Shown here in pieces: positions 24,880-38,113 of a stretch of 64,000 nt of DNA. Under the pieces are notes generated by a model. That model had not been told where the DNA came from. It ran no database searches and worked only from the letters and a program-made list of their open reading frames with translations. The stretch covers positions 4,712,001-4,776,000 of the forward strand of contig CM075991.1 in the NCBI GenBank assembly GCA_038087875.1, written 5' to 3'. A program made the position numbers and the translations under genes. Source of the DNA: Malacoraja senta. Taxonomy: Eukaryota. The first letter of the stretch is position 1. Each line of letters opens with the position of its first letter.

Positions 24880-27800
24880 AATGTAAGACGATAAATAAAA
24901 TAAATCTGGAGGAATCACATTCTGTAGTTGGAATATTAGGGGTGCTAATGAACCAATTAAAAGGGGTAAGATTTTTGCACAATTGAAATCAATTCGGACA
25001 TAATATTTCTACAAGAAACTCACTTGAAACTGCAAGCTCAAGCTAGATTGAAGGCAAACTGGATAGGCCAAACATACCAATCTTCATATATTTCCAAATC
25101 CAGAGCAATTATTATTCGAAAAAGTATACCATTTAAATCGAAGAATATCATAATAGATAAGGAAGGGAGATACCTTATAGTTACTGGAGAGATTCATGCT
25201 ACTCCAATTACCGTGGTAAATATTTATGCACCTAATTTTGATAATCCCCAATTTTTTAATACAATCCTGAATATAATTACAGAGTTTAATTATCAAAATG
25301 TGATAATTGGGGGAGATTTTAATTGTGTTTTAGATCCATACTTGGATAAATCTTCACAACAGAGCAGGGGCAACACAAAGTCTAAAACCAGGGAAATCTT
25401 AAATACTTACATAAAAAATACAAATATAACAGATGTCTGGAGGATCGCTAACCCTGTCGGAAGGGAATACTCGTTTTATTCAATGGTACACAAAACGTAT
25501 TCACGTATTGACTATTTTTTAGTGGATACAAAACTAATTCCCTATACACTGAACCCAAAATATTACAATAGCATAATATCCGATCACTCCCCGTTAACTT
25601 TTTTTTTTTAAATTAGAAGGAATGCCTACTAATAAATCGTTTTGGAGGTTTAATCCTCAAATCCTAAATGACCCACAAGGGGAAATATATTTAAAACAAC
25701 AGATGGAACTTTTTTTTAAAGATTAATGATACCCCAGAGATCTCACCAACTTTACTATGGGAATCATTCAAAGCATTTATTAGAGGATCTATAATCTCAT
25801 ATCAAGCTTATCTAAATAAAAAGAATAAGAAAGAACAAAGGCAGTTAGAAGAACGAATTAGAGAATTGGAATTAGATAATGCTAAAGAGCCAACTATAGA
25901 TAAACATAATAAAATAACAATAATGAAATTTAAATTAAACAAAATATCAGCAAATGTCATTAGATTATTTCAAATTTGGGGATAAGCCACACAATCTTTT
26001 GGCTCGACAACTGAAAAAACGGGAAAAGGATCACACGATTTTAAAGATTAAATCAGATAAAGGTGAATTGTTAACTACCTAAGGATATTAATAAAAGATT
26101 CGCTCAATTTTATCAAAACTTATATACATCTAAAGCGTTAGTAGATAGTACCAAAGTTATAGAGTTCCTGGATAATTGTAATCTCCCAAAACTCAATTTG
26201 ATCGAACAAGAGGAATTAGGTGCACAAATCTCAACTAAGTAAATAGAAGAAACAATAAATACATTAAAGAATGGAAAAACACCAGGACCAGATGGTTTTA
26301 GTAATGAATTTTATAAAAGATTCTACGAGATAATTACACCACGGCTACATAAAATGTATACATATGCTTTTAAAGAACATACACTTCCAGAAACATTAGC
26401 GGTATCAACGATTACACTTATACCTAAAAAAGGTAACGATTTAGAAGATCCGTGTTCTTATAGAGCTATTGCGCTGTTAAATACAGATCAAAAAATATTA
26501 GCGAAAACATTAGCTAGAAGATTAAGTAACTATGTTAGTAAATTAATAAATCCGGATCAAACAGGGTTTATACCCAAGAGATACTCATGCAATAACCTGA
26601 GACGTCTGTTTAATATAATGCACTCACATAAAACCGAAGAACAAGACTTATCAATTATTTCACTGGACGCAGAAAAAGCATTTGATCAAGTGGAATGGGA
26701 TTACCTTGTCAAAGTATTGCAAAAATTTCAAATGGGAGAGAATTTTATCGCTTGGGTAAAATTATTATATGATAGGCCTACTGCCAGAATATTAACTAAT
26801 AATATTTTGTCCCCAAAATTTCAATTATCAAGGGGAAATAGACAGGGATGTTCATTATCACCTCTGCTATTTGCTCTTGTAATAGAACCGTTAGCGGAAA
26901 GTATTAGAATACATCCGAACATCCATGGGTATAATACAAAATACTCAAATAATAAGATATCATTATACGCAGATGATGTACTACTATATATCACAAAATC
27001 ACAAATCAGTATACCAAATATATTAAATTTAATAGAGGAATTTGGATCCTTTTCAGGTTATAGAATAAATTGGAATAAAAGTGAAATTATGACGATTAAA
27101 CCTCAAGACCCAACACACCTGTTAAAATTCCCTTTTAAAATCGCTTCAGAAAAATTTAAATATTTGGGAATTGAAATTACTAGAAAATATAAATCTTTAT
27201 TTAATGCAAACTATATGCCCTTAATAAATTAAACATACTGATTAAATTCTGGAAAACTCTCCCGATGTCTCTTATAGGCCGAATAAATGCTATAAAAATT
27301 ATCTTTTTACCACAAATTTTATATCTATTCCAGTCAATACCGATATATTTACCAAAAATTAAAAAAGAAAATTGGATGCTGATATTACAAACTTTATATG
27401 GGACTATAAATCCCACAGAATCCAAAGAAAACATTTGTGTAAACCTAAAGAATCTGGCGGATTATCACTCCCTAATTTTTTATATTATTACTGGGCCACA
27501 AATGTCAAAAATATGATTCACCTGTTGGACAATTCGGCCCAGCAGGTGGATTGGATAGTAATGGAGAGAGAGGATTGTTCCCCTTTTAACATAGGGAGCG
27601 ATCCTTCTCTCACCAACAAAAATGAAGAATACAATATACCGTAAAAATCCAATTGTTCATAGTACAATTAGAATTTGGAAACAAATAAAATTAACTTTAA
27701 AATTAAGAAATCTATCACTTCTCTCACCTATAATGAATAACCCTTCGTTTAAACCTTCTATGATAGATAAATATTTTACAAATTGGGATAGAGTAGGAAT

Positions 27801-28362
27801 TAAAACGTTTGGAGATATGTATGATAATAGATGTTTGTTAACATTTCACCAACTACAACTTAAATACAACTTGAGTAGTAATCAATATTTTAAATACTTT
27901 CAAATACGTGACTATTTGAAAAAATATACACGAGAATATCAAAATATGTCTCCTGACCTATTAGATGAGATAATGAATATAAAAGCGGAATCAGCTAATT
28001 TAATATCATACCTGTATAATTCCATTTTAAACATAGAAATTCCATCATCTGATGGGATTAGAAGAGAATGGGAACAGGAACTAGTTATAAAAATCTCGAA
28101 AGAGAGTTGGGATAAATACCTGTTATATGTGCATAACTGCTCGATTAACGTAAGACACACTCTAATTCAATTAAAAATTGTACATAGATTAGACTATTCG
28201 AAAGTTAAATTAAGTAAATTTTACCCAAATACCTCTTCTATCTGTGATAAATGCCTAACCCAAGAAGCAACTATAGCACATTCTTTTGTTTTTTGTATAA
28301 AAATCCAAAAATCTTGTAATAATGATAATAAATGGTTTCAGGACCTGGCGAGGGGTGAGTAA
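24880..28362 (+). pseudogene. L1 ORF2p (APE endonuclease, RT, Cys-rich domain); multiple frameshifts
   Basis: Endonuclease motifs SWNIRG, LQETH, NIYAPN, GGDFN, YSRIDY, SDHSP. RT motifs PGPDG, YRAIALLN, LDAEKAFD, GNRQGCSLSP, LYADD, KYLG. C-terminal CDKC...H..C. Start approximate. Confidence 0.95.
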
Positions 28363-29512
28363 AGATATGAAGTAGGTACATCCCTTTCATATTGTGCTAT
28401 CTTATCTTATGTTTTCTTTTTTCTTTTTCCTCCTTTTGGTTTGTCTCTTTTTCTTTAAAAAAAAAACTATTTCTTGTGGTTTAGGTCCATATGGGTGTTC
28501 CTGGACCACTCTTTCAATCACTCACTTACTATCTTTACTAACTCTTTCTATCCTTTTCTCTTATTAAAGTTTAAAATAAGAAGTGGTACAAGAAAAGTAT
28601 AAACTAACGTTATTGCAGATTATTGTAATGTACAATACTTCTAATAAAATAAAAAATAAAAAAATAAAAAATGAAAACGTAAGAATAAATGGATCCTCTT
28701 CAGGTTGGCAGGCTGTCCCCGTGTAGTATTACAGGGATTGATTGGTAACCAACTTCCGGAGGGATATTCTTCTGGCTAAATATCTAGAAGCTACATTCCC
28801 AAAATGAGGGGTGGGCTGAAATGAGTTATAGAGCCATAGAGCACTGACGCAGATTATTTAGTCTGGTTCATTTAGTTTGCTCCTATCATTAAACAAGCAA
28901 TTACACTGATCTAATTTTAATCCCATTTAATTCACCCCACATTCGTAGAAAATCTCCCCGTATTCTAGCTATGCACTAGAGACAATTTTTATAGTGGTCT
29001 ATTTACTTACCAAATGCATGACTTTGGGATGTGGGAGGAAACCAAAGTCCTGAGGGGGAAAAAAACCACAGGAAGAACATGCAAGTATTTTGCACTTGCC
29101 TGTTCATTTGCATCTTAAAGATATCTGCCTTTGCTTCCCCTGGCAAAGTGAGTACCGTATATCAACCATATTCAGTGTGGAAAGCTTTCCCTTGGATCCT
29201 AGTTAAAAACTCCTCACTTCATTCCTATGCTCTCTTGTTTTTGATAGCCCCAGCATGTTAAAGAATTCTGACTATTTTGGATGGAACAGCTGGTAGAGCT
29301 GCTGGCTCACAGCGTCAGACCTATGTTCAATCCTGACCTTGGTGTCTGTGTGGAATTTGTATGTTCTCCCTGTGACCACATGGGTTTCATCGGGTGCTGC
29401 GATTTCTCCCCACATGCCAAAGGCGAGTGAGTTTGTGTGTTAATTAGCCACTATTAATTGCCCCTAGTATGTAGGAGTGGATGAGAAATTGGGATAACAT
29501 AGAACTAGTATG

Positions 29513-30054
29513 GTACACAAAAATGCTGGAGAAACTCAGCGGGTGCAGCAGCATCTATGGAGCGAAGGAAATAGGTAACGTTTCGGGCCGAAACCCTTCT
29601 TCAGACTGATAGGGCGTGGGGAGAAGAAAGGAAAAAAGGAAAATGCGGAGGAGGAGCCCGAGGGCTGGGGGAGGGGAGGAGACAACCAGATGGCTGATGA
29701 AGGGGAGGGGACAGCCAGGGCTAGCTGAATTGGGAGAATTCAACGTTCAGGCCACCAGGATGTAGACTGCCCAAGTGGAATATGAGGTGCATTTCCTCCA
29801 ATTTACGGTGTTGCTCGCTGTGGCCATGGAGGAGACCCAGGACAGAGAGGTCAGATACGGAATGGGAGGGGGAGTTGAAGTGCTGAGCCACCGGGAGTTC
29901 AGGTTGGTTATTGCGGACCGACCGGAGGTGTTCGGCAAAACGATCGCCAAGCCTCCGCTTGGTCTCACCGATGTAGATCAGCTGGCATCTAGAGCAGCGA
30001 ATGCAATAGATGAGGTTGGAGGAGATGCAGGTGAACCTCTGTCGCACCTCTGTC
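29513..30054 (-). mobile_element. 5'-truncated Penelope-like element (GIY-YIG C-terminus and pLTR)
   Basis: VRQRFTCISSNLIYCIRCSRCQLIYIGETKRRLGDRFAEHLRSV...VAQHFN...GLN; 11-bp TSD GAACTAGTATG at 29502-29512 and 30055-30065. Confidence 0.93.
29577..29604 (-). ncRNA. Minimal type I hammerhead ribozyme-like motif in Penelope pLTR
   Basis: Minus strand reads CUGAAGA-A-GGGU-UUCG-GCCC-GAAAC-GUU: conserved core boxes, stem II with UUCG loop, palindromic ACGU at stem III. Confidence 0.7.
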
Positions 30055-30509
30055 GAACTAGTATGAATGGGATTGATGGTCGGCGTGGACCTAGTGGGCC
30101 AAAGGGCCTGTTTCCATGTTGTGTCTTTCAATTAATCATTTATCTGTGCCTCTCACAATTTTATGTACCTCCATGAGGTTACCCATCAACTTCCATCATT
30201 CAAACAAACCTAGCCTATCCAATCTTTTCTTATGACTCAAATCTTCCATTCCAGGTAACATCCTGGTGAGTTGGCTCTGCATCCTTTCCAGCCCCATCCT
30301 ACCCTTCCCATTGTATGGCAACCAGAACTCTACATGATTCTCCAAGAATGTTTTGTAAAGTTGCACCATGACATCCCAACTTTCTATGACTGTGATTCTC
30401 TATAGTTAAAGGAATGAAAAAAGAAAGGAATAGAGCAGGAAGACAGTATCTGAGGTAGAAGATCAACAATAATGTTATTTGACTAACAGAGCAAGCTCCA
30501 GAATGGAAA

Positions 30510-31459
30510 TAGACAATAGACAATAGGTGCAGGAGTCGTCCATTTGGCCCTTCGAGCCAGCACCGCCATTCAATGTGATCATGGCTGATCATCCCCAATC
30601 AGTACCCCGTTCCTGCCTTCTCCCCATATCCCCTGACTTCGCTATTTTTAAGAGCCCTATCTAGCTCTCTCTTGAAAGCATCCAGAGAACCTGCCTCCAC
30701 TGCCCTCTGAGGCAGAGAATTCCACAGACTCACCACTCTTTGTGAGAAAAAGTGTTTCCTTGTCTCCGTTCTAAATGGCTTACTCCTTATTCTTAAACCG
30801 TGGCCCCTGCTTCTGGACTCCCCCAACATCGGGAACATGTTTCCTGCTTCTAGCGTGTCCAAGCCCTTAACAATCTTCTATGTTTCAATGAGATTCCCTC
30901 TCATCCTTCTAAACTCTAGAGTGTACAGGCCCAGCTGCTCCATTCTCTCAGCATATGACAGTCCCGCCATCCCGGGAATTAACCTTGTAAACCTACGCTG
31001 CACTGCCTCAATAGCAAGAATGTCCTTCCTCAAATTAGGTGACCAAAACTGCACATAATACTCCAGGTGTGGTCTCACTAGGGCTCTGTACGACTGCAGA
31101 AGGACATCTTTGCTCCTATATTCGATTCCTCTTGTTATAAAGGCCAACATGCCATTCGCTTTCTTCACTGCCTGCTGTACCTGCATGCTTACTTTCATAG
31201 ATTGATGTACAAGGACCCCCAGATCCCGTTGTACTTCCCCTTTTCCAAACTTGACGCCATTTAGATAGTAGTCTGCCTTCCTGTTTTTGCTACCAAAGTG
31301 GATAACCTCGCATTTATCTGCATTAAACTTCATCTGCCATGCAGCTGCCCACTCCCCCAACCTGTCCAAGTCACCCTGCATTCTCATAGCATCCTCCTCA
31401 CCGTTCACACTGCCACCCAGCTTTGTGTCATCTGCAAATTTGCTAATGTTACTTTGAAT
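30510..31459 (-). mobile_element. CR1-family (HER1-like) LINE, 5'-truncated and relatively young
   Basis: FADDTKLGG upstream of ORF 30878-31408 (WQMKFNADKCEVIHFG, DLGVLV, RPHLEY), then RGH...FFSQRVVSLWNSLP and a 3' UTR with (ATTGTCT)n tail. Confidence 0.95.
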
Positions 31460-31909
31460 GATTGAATATTACAGAGGACATTTCGATGTTGGCCATATTG
31501 CAATATGTCTGGCTCCATATAGAATCTGATTGGGCAAGAATGGTAGATTGCCTGCCCTACCATGCTCACAAAAATTGTTTCTTACATCTATACTTGAGAA
31601 TGTCCTGTCTCACTGTCATTACTGGCTCATTAGAAGTGGAGATACAAAGGTAAATTAAAGAATGGCCCTTGAAGTCCTCAACATTGATTCCAGACCCCTT
31701 GCAACTTCTGGCATCAGGTCAAATATTAACAAGGAACATCTACCTGGTTATTCCTTGCCATCCTCCTTCAACCGATGAAACATCCATGTTGATCTTTTTG
31801 CCCACACTAAGACAGTATACTTTTATGCTTTGCCTGTTTGTCTGTCTGTCTCCTCTGGCAGTGCATTCCAGATATTAGCTAATCTCTTTGTAAATAAAAA
31901 TTAAGAAAC

Positions 31910-32460
31910 TTTAAAAAAAACTCCTTTTCACCTTAAACCTACACCCTCTTGTTTTTGATTCCCCTACCATGGGGAATATATTTTGACTTTCAATCTTATC
32001 TATGTCTCTTATAACTTTTATATATCTATATCTCTCTATCCGGTCACTTCGCAGCCCCCTCAGCTCAATGAAATACAAGGCCAGCATGTCCAATTTATCC
32101 ATATAACTAAAGTCCTCCAATCCAGACAACATTTTGGTGAATCTTCTTTGGCCAACTTACCATCTTATCTACATCCTACAGTAGCCTTAATTAACCTTCC
32201 CCACTATCTACAACATCACCATATTTTGTGTCATTCAGAAACTTATACTTCCAATGTTCACATCCAAGTCTGAAACAACAATTGAAAAAGCATTCATCCA
32301 CTACCATTGCCCTTTGCCTCCTATCCAATTAGTCAGCTCACCTTGCTTTAATCTTCTGGACTCAACTACCATGTGAGACCTTGTCAAATGCTTTAGTAAC
32401 ATCCAAAGAGACATTATCCATGTACTCATTATCTTCCATGTACTTTTCCTTGCTGAATAC
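31910..32460 (-). mobile_element. Old CR1-family LINE fragments
   Basis: Decayed GLEDFSYMDKLDMLALY..ELRGLRSD.IE and ESKTRG..FKV motifs; KAFDKV-like segment near 32380. Confidence 0.7.
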
Positions 32461-34097
32461 AGATGAGAAGTTTTCATTTGGGACATTGCTTGTCAAATTA
32501 ATGTCCTTTCAATTTTCATAGGTTGTGAAGAAAACTAGAACATTTAAATTCCTTTTGCATTTTTTTTTTAATGTACCTCATTGTGGAGTCAAGATTATAT
32601 ATTGTTAATTCCCTCACTATCCCAGATATCTTGGAAGCTCTTTGAGTCAGAGTAGGCACCATTTTGATCCTTTCTCTGTAACTAACTGGTAGGTGGTAAA
32701 TGCAGCTTTCCAAGCCTTCATAAGATGAGTAGATCAGTTTACGAAGGTCCTGTCAGTGACTTTGAAAGAGAGGTACATGATGCAGGGCACTGGGATTTCA
32801 TTATGATTTGAGTACAGTCCAATTCTTTTGTTTAATGTGCACAATCTTGCTCCTTTTACAAGTCCATTTGTTTTTCCTTCATTTATTGGTACCAGATAAA
32901 ATGTGCTCAGTGAAGAACATTTTTTCTGGTTGGTTTTGCAGCATGATCGAATTGCCTGCTACTTGTCTTGTATTAAAATATTTTACTTCAAGTAACTTGG
33001 CAGACAGTTTGTTAATTGCTTTTCACTGTTAAAGAACATTGCACAATGATACAAAACATAATTTCATGAAATGTTCTTCGAGCATCTCCATCATAATCTG
33101 CTGTTCTGATAATACTAAAATGACCCTTTAAAATACGTAAACTGAACAGAATAAAGTGTTCTAGTAATCATTTTAAGTGTAAGAGTCTACTTGGAAACCA
33201 AACCATGCTGGAAGGGACCTGCATATGTTTGGAATTCAATGTCAGAACTTTGGGGCCTCCTTGATGCACCGCCACTCTACTTTATGTCCATGTGTTATTT
33301 TAGATAACTTCTATTCCTGAAAACAAATCAATGATTCTCAATTATGTCATTTTTTTGAAAATCCAGACATAATTATAAGACTTCAAATTAATTGTTGTGG
33401 AAATTTACGTAAATTTGCTTCCTTTCAGTTCATTTGAAGTTCAGTGCAATATATTCATGTCGTAAATACATTAAGGAGTAATGTGCAATCGAATTACAAA
33501 TAATGAAATAATGAGCAAATTAGCTAATGTTATTATTATTATTTGAGCTGTATTTTGTTGAAAAAAACATCAAAATTAACTCTATGCATGAGAGCCAATA
33601 CTCCATCTCTCAGCAATTTAATTTTTTGTTCCCAGAGTATTAACCATATATATTAGATTTTAATACATCTCATAATGTGAGCCAGGTGAAAGAAAGTTTT
33701 GGACCTAGTTTTATTCAAATGTTGTGATGGGTGCCTAAATCAAAACTAGATTGCATATCAGTCCTTGTGATTGATGGTGATATATCTAAGAGCCACCCTA
33801 CTCTTTCTGACTGCACTGATTCCTCTAATTCAAGTCTTCACTTCAAGGGGCACACCTTCGTTTAGTAGTTGGAAAAACACGAGTTTATCCACTTCCACTT
33901 AAATATGGGATTATTGAGTGTTATTCCCAATGATGTTAGTAAAGACAATGTTGGTGGTCAGAGAGACCCGAGTGGCTTGTGCGCATTCAACTTCACTTGA
34001 CACTCATAGAAAATGAAGTTATGTTATGTTTACAAATCTTGCCTCACTTGCCATGAGAATCATCATATTGAAATTTATTAACACAATTAACATTGAG

Positions 34098-34905
34098 TAT
34101 GGCTGCCGCGCCTGCAGCTGTTCGTCCTTTCATCCTTTTTTATTTTCAGTCCGTCAAAAAGTTTTGTTTTAGAGGTCTTTTAGTCTTTTTATGGGGGGGG
34201 GAAGGGGGAAACTTTTTCTTGGTCACTACCTAGTCGAGGAATGCGTCTATCCTCCAAGTCGCATCTTCGCCCCCTCCTCGCGGCCTACTATCTGGATTGG
34301 CGAGGCCTTTCCTGCCGGAGACCGGCCAGAGCTTCAGCAGCGGTGCAGCACTGAAGTACCATCATGGAGCAGACGATGCCTTACAGGAGTTGCCGTGTTG
34401 GAACTCCGGAATGCTGGGATTGCCGACTTCAACACCGTGGAGCTTTGTCCTGTGGAGCTTCCAGCCGTTGGCGGCGCTGACTTTAACAACGCGGGGCCCT
34501 GGGATCCTTCGCCGAGGATTGCCATCTGGAGCTCTGCCCAGCTCAGCCTGTGGACTTCGGAAGCCGCAGTCTCCGGTAGGAAGCGGCCGATTCGGAACTC
34601 CAAGCCGCTGAGAGTGTTCTTCCGTTCGAGAGCCTGAAACATCGGGCCGCCGTTGCGGCGACTGCGGAGGCCTCAATAGGCCACGGCCATGGGTGAAAAT
34701 AGAGGCAGATAACTGAACTATTGTGAAAATAGAGGCAGATGACTGAACAATTATTGCCTTCCCCCACATTGGGAAACGTTGATTCCGCTGTGTGGGGATG
34801 TACATGTTAAATTCTATCGTGTGTTGTGTTTTTATTTGTATGGCTGTATGGCAACCCAAATCTCGCTGTACCAATTGGTACAGTGACAATAAATGTGAAC
34901 TTGAA
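34098..34905 (+). mobile_element. GC/CpG-rich non-coding retroposon with Rex1/Babar-like 3' tail
   Basis: 5' core homologous to 3979-4811; ends CTGTACC-aatt-GGTACAG-tgacAATAAA-tgtgaacttgaa. Confidence 0.65.
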
Positions 34906-34959
34906 TATATAAATGGGAAGCTAACAGATAGCTAACCTGCAGTAAATATACCAAATAGA

Positions 34960-35300
34960 ATGTTGAAGCAAAGAACTGCCCATGCTCGTTTACAAAAATA
35001 GATGCAAAGTGCTTGGTTAAATTACTGGGTCAGACTGCATCTCTGGAGAACATGCATAGGTGACATTTTGGGTCTGGACCCTTCTTCAAGGGGGGGTGGA
35101 GAAGAATTAAGTAAAGTTGGGGTCCATTGCAGGTCTGGGTGAGCGAGGTCCAGAGCTGCGGGAGAGTAAGAGCGAGGACCTGCTGGTGCCGGAGCATCGC
35201 GGCCAATGTAGAATGCAGGGCATGGGAGAACTGTTGCAAAAAAAATGGTGGATCAACGGTCGGTACCTGTAATCCGGGTTGGGTCCGAACTGGGAGGTCT
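34960..35300. mobile_element. Penelope pLTR-derived arm plus GC-rich internal segment; second arm lost at the Helitron-like junction
   Basis: 34960-35089 is a decayed pLTR arm. 35265-35301 matches the spacer of the palindromic element at 43273-43311. Confidence 0.55.
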
Positions 35301-36149
35301 GGTTTTTCTATTTGCGCAAAAAAGGATGCACGACAGTGCTACGGTTTTTCACCACCTTACTAACCATTCTCCTGTGCTGCAAGTGCAACAAGTTTTGTTC
35401 CGATCGATGGTATATTTTAAAAGTTATTAAGGTTTACAAATCGTAAAAACTGTGCATGAGCAGATTGGTCTCTTCTCCTGTCGCTCACCGCCACGCAGAT
35501 TGGTCTTCTCTCCTGTCAGTCACCATCATGGCCAGGATGGCGACGCCCCTTCCTGCACCATCGCCGCACTGATTGACCGCGTCTGCTGTCAGTCACCGGC
35601 TGCGTCTTCCTCGCCCGGCGTTCCTACAGCCACCGCCACCGGAGGACGCGACCCGTAGCGAGGAGCAACGTGAAAGGGAAAGGCGGTGCCCACCTCGCCT
35701 GGCGTAGCACGGCCGCAGCTGCCGGAGGACGCGGCCCACAGCGAGGAGAATATTCCAACGTGAAAGGGAAAGGCGGCACCTGGCGTTGCCCGGCACCTCA
35801 GTCAGCAGCGGCTGGAGATGGTCACAGTTGCCGGAGGGCATAGCCACAGCAGCAGCTGCCGGAGGACGCGGCCCGCAGCGCGGATAGGGAGAGGTGAGGG
35901 AGGGATTGGGAGAGGGGAGGAGGAGAGGGGAAAGAAGAGGGAGGATGAAGAGGAGGGGCAGGGTGTGAAGGGAAATGAGCCGCGCCTGCGCAGTTGAGGG
36001 CTATGGCTGAGTGGTGGAATATTGCATTGGGGAAATGGGTTGCCTTGGGCGGAACGGGTGAGTGGTGGAATACTGCTTTGGGGAACGGGTTGCGTTGGGT
36101 GACCAGGCCTCCTGTGTGACAGGGACCCAACGCGTCCCACTTAGTCTCG
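35300..36149 (+). mobile_element. Non-autonomous Helitron-like element, 5'-truncated, with GC-rich internal repeats
   Basis: Body homologous to 12151-12466. 3' hairpin GGGAC-ccaacgc-GTCCC is followed by acttagtCTCG|T (CTAG in the paralog at 53765). Confidence 0.7.
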
Positions 36150-38113
36150 TAAGTTTTAATATGATGATCCCCAATGGCATCCGTCATCTTTATTATGACA
36201 GGTAAGGAAGATTGGTAAGGCAAGATTGTGAACATAATTTGATTTTCTCTGTATGCCAAGTAAAATTGTTCCCATTGACCAGTAGTTTGCTAGAATAGCA
36301 ATTATGCTTAAGGAACTTAAGAAATAAGCCAATTTAATTATAACATTACATTTCATCTTTCTTCATTCTTTTAAAGTTAACTTTAAAACATAACGTTGCA
36401 ACATTGGAAATTTTTAAGAATGCTGTTACATGTCTCTTATTTTTAACGGTTATTTAAGTGTGATCACGGTACTGTTTCTTTGAAGGTCACTCTGCAATAG
36501 CAAGTCAGGAGCAGTATGCGCAATTCAGTAATGGCTTAATTTTAGAAAAAATGAATTTGACCTAGAATTATTGGAAAGGACCATTTGAAAGGGATAATGC
36601 AGCTTTATACAAAACCATTTTGAATTCAGATGGAGCCCAGTCACTAAAATTGGGTTTATTAACTGAGGCATGTTCAGTATTTGTTGTTCCCATGGAGACC
36701 ATTTGCAGAATAAGGTCTTGTCATCTGATCCTATTAGAAGTAGGGTTTTTTTAGGCTTTGGGGACAATTTGGTAAATTTGTGCTTAATTGGATGTGTCCA
36801 CCATAATTAATGTTTTAGCAGAGAATAAATTATTAGCTGGGACGTGATATGCTCCAGAATTAAATGTTATATTATATTGTGCAGTACTATGCAATTAACT
36901 AGAAAAGATATTGAATTCTGCAAGAAAGAAACAATAAGAAATTTAAGTTGCACAGTACTTTTGGAAGATGAATTAAAACTTGCTTAATAAAATTAACTCA
37001 ATTTGATATCAGTGAATCCAACTTTTTTTTTTACTAAATACATATATTTTCATTTTGTTTCTTCCCAAGTCTCCTCATTTCCCAAAGTTTGAACTGACAT
37101 AGAAATATAAAATATGCCTGTGCTTCATTTGCACTTTAATTCTTTCTATCAATGCACCATTTTGCATGAAAACAAGTTTATAAGATGCTTCTGGATTGCT
37201 TTCCTGTAGAAATATTTCAATACAGCAAAATGCCTTCCAAAGATTGTGACCTTGTCAATCCCATTGGAAAAACCCCACCATTTTAATGAAAACATTATTT
37301 TCTATATTGCCTAAATAAATTGATTGGTAATCAGGAGCAGATTCTTCTGTGACCATTTGGGCATAGCACCATAAGGATGACCAGCTCTTCCAATAAAGTG
37401 AGACCTATGCCATTAAAAAGGTAATATAGAAGTGATGAGTGGAACTTATTTTTTGTTGTTTACGTTTTGTGAGTGACCCTATTGAGGTTTAATCCGGATC
37501 AAATAGTAGGTACAAATAAGTGTTGGCTTCAAGAGATATGTTTTTCCCCACAAACTCTGTTGGCAATAATATTTGGAGGTGGTCAGGTGACTACTCACGT
37601 TACATCTTAGCTGGGTGACTAATGCTGTTGACGAGCAAGCTTATGTTTCTCGGATAGTAGGAAAATTTCATCCAGCATTAGCTACATCAAGTAATGATCC
37701 TGGTATGGCAACACATAATCAAACAGACAGAATTGATCGTAGAGGTGCATGATGGATTCTGTGAGAGGGAAAAAAACAGAGTTACTGTTGCAGATAAATG
37801 TTATTTCTTCAAAAGTGGCCAATTTTGACGCAAACAGGAACAGCTGGTTATCTGAAATAGTTGAATTTAATATTAAGACCCGAAGACTGCAATGTGCATC
37901 CTAGAGCTAGTGCTGAGCTTTGTTTGAACACTGGAAATGTGAATATGCAGGGATGGGGGTGCTTTGGGAATGGAAGGTGACTGTGGAGACTTGGCTTCAC
38001 TGGTGTTGACATCACAGGGTGGAGACCCAATTCCTGGAAATCATGTGACCCATTTGCACCACCAAGTCTGGACCCCTGAAGAAGTTTCTGTTTTGTTTTT
38101 CTGTACTGACAAC

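Larger units (their letters stand above)
22575..28668 (+). mobile_element. Full-length decayed L1-clade LINE inserted in an old CR1 RT fragment
   Basis: GC-rich 5' end GGACTTCCGGTGGCGCCATG, ORF1, spacer of about 1.05 kb, ORF2, AATAAA and A-rich tail. 12-bp TSD AAATGAAAACGT at 22563-22574 and 28669-28680. Confidence 0.96.
29284..30135 (+). mobile_element. V-SINE interrupted by a Penelope insertion
   Basis: Head and core at 29284-29512; tail resumes at 30066 (aatgggattgatggtcggcgtggac...gggcctgtttccatg). Confidence 0.8.

Noticed and set aside
36525..36767. ORF containing DDKTLFCK, reminiscent of the PEBP4 N-terminal DTLFC segment
   Set aside because: Wrong strand relative to the supported exon and no further similarity.
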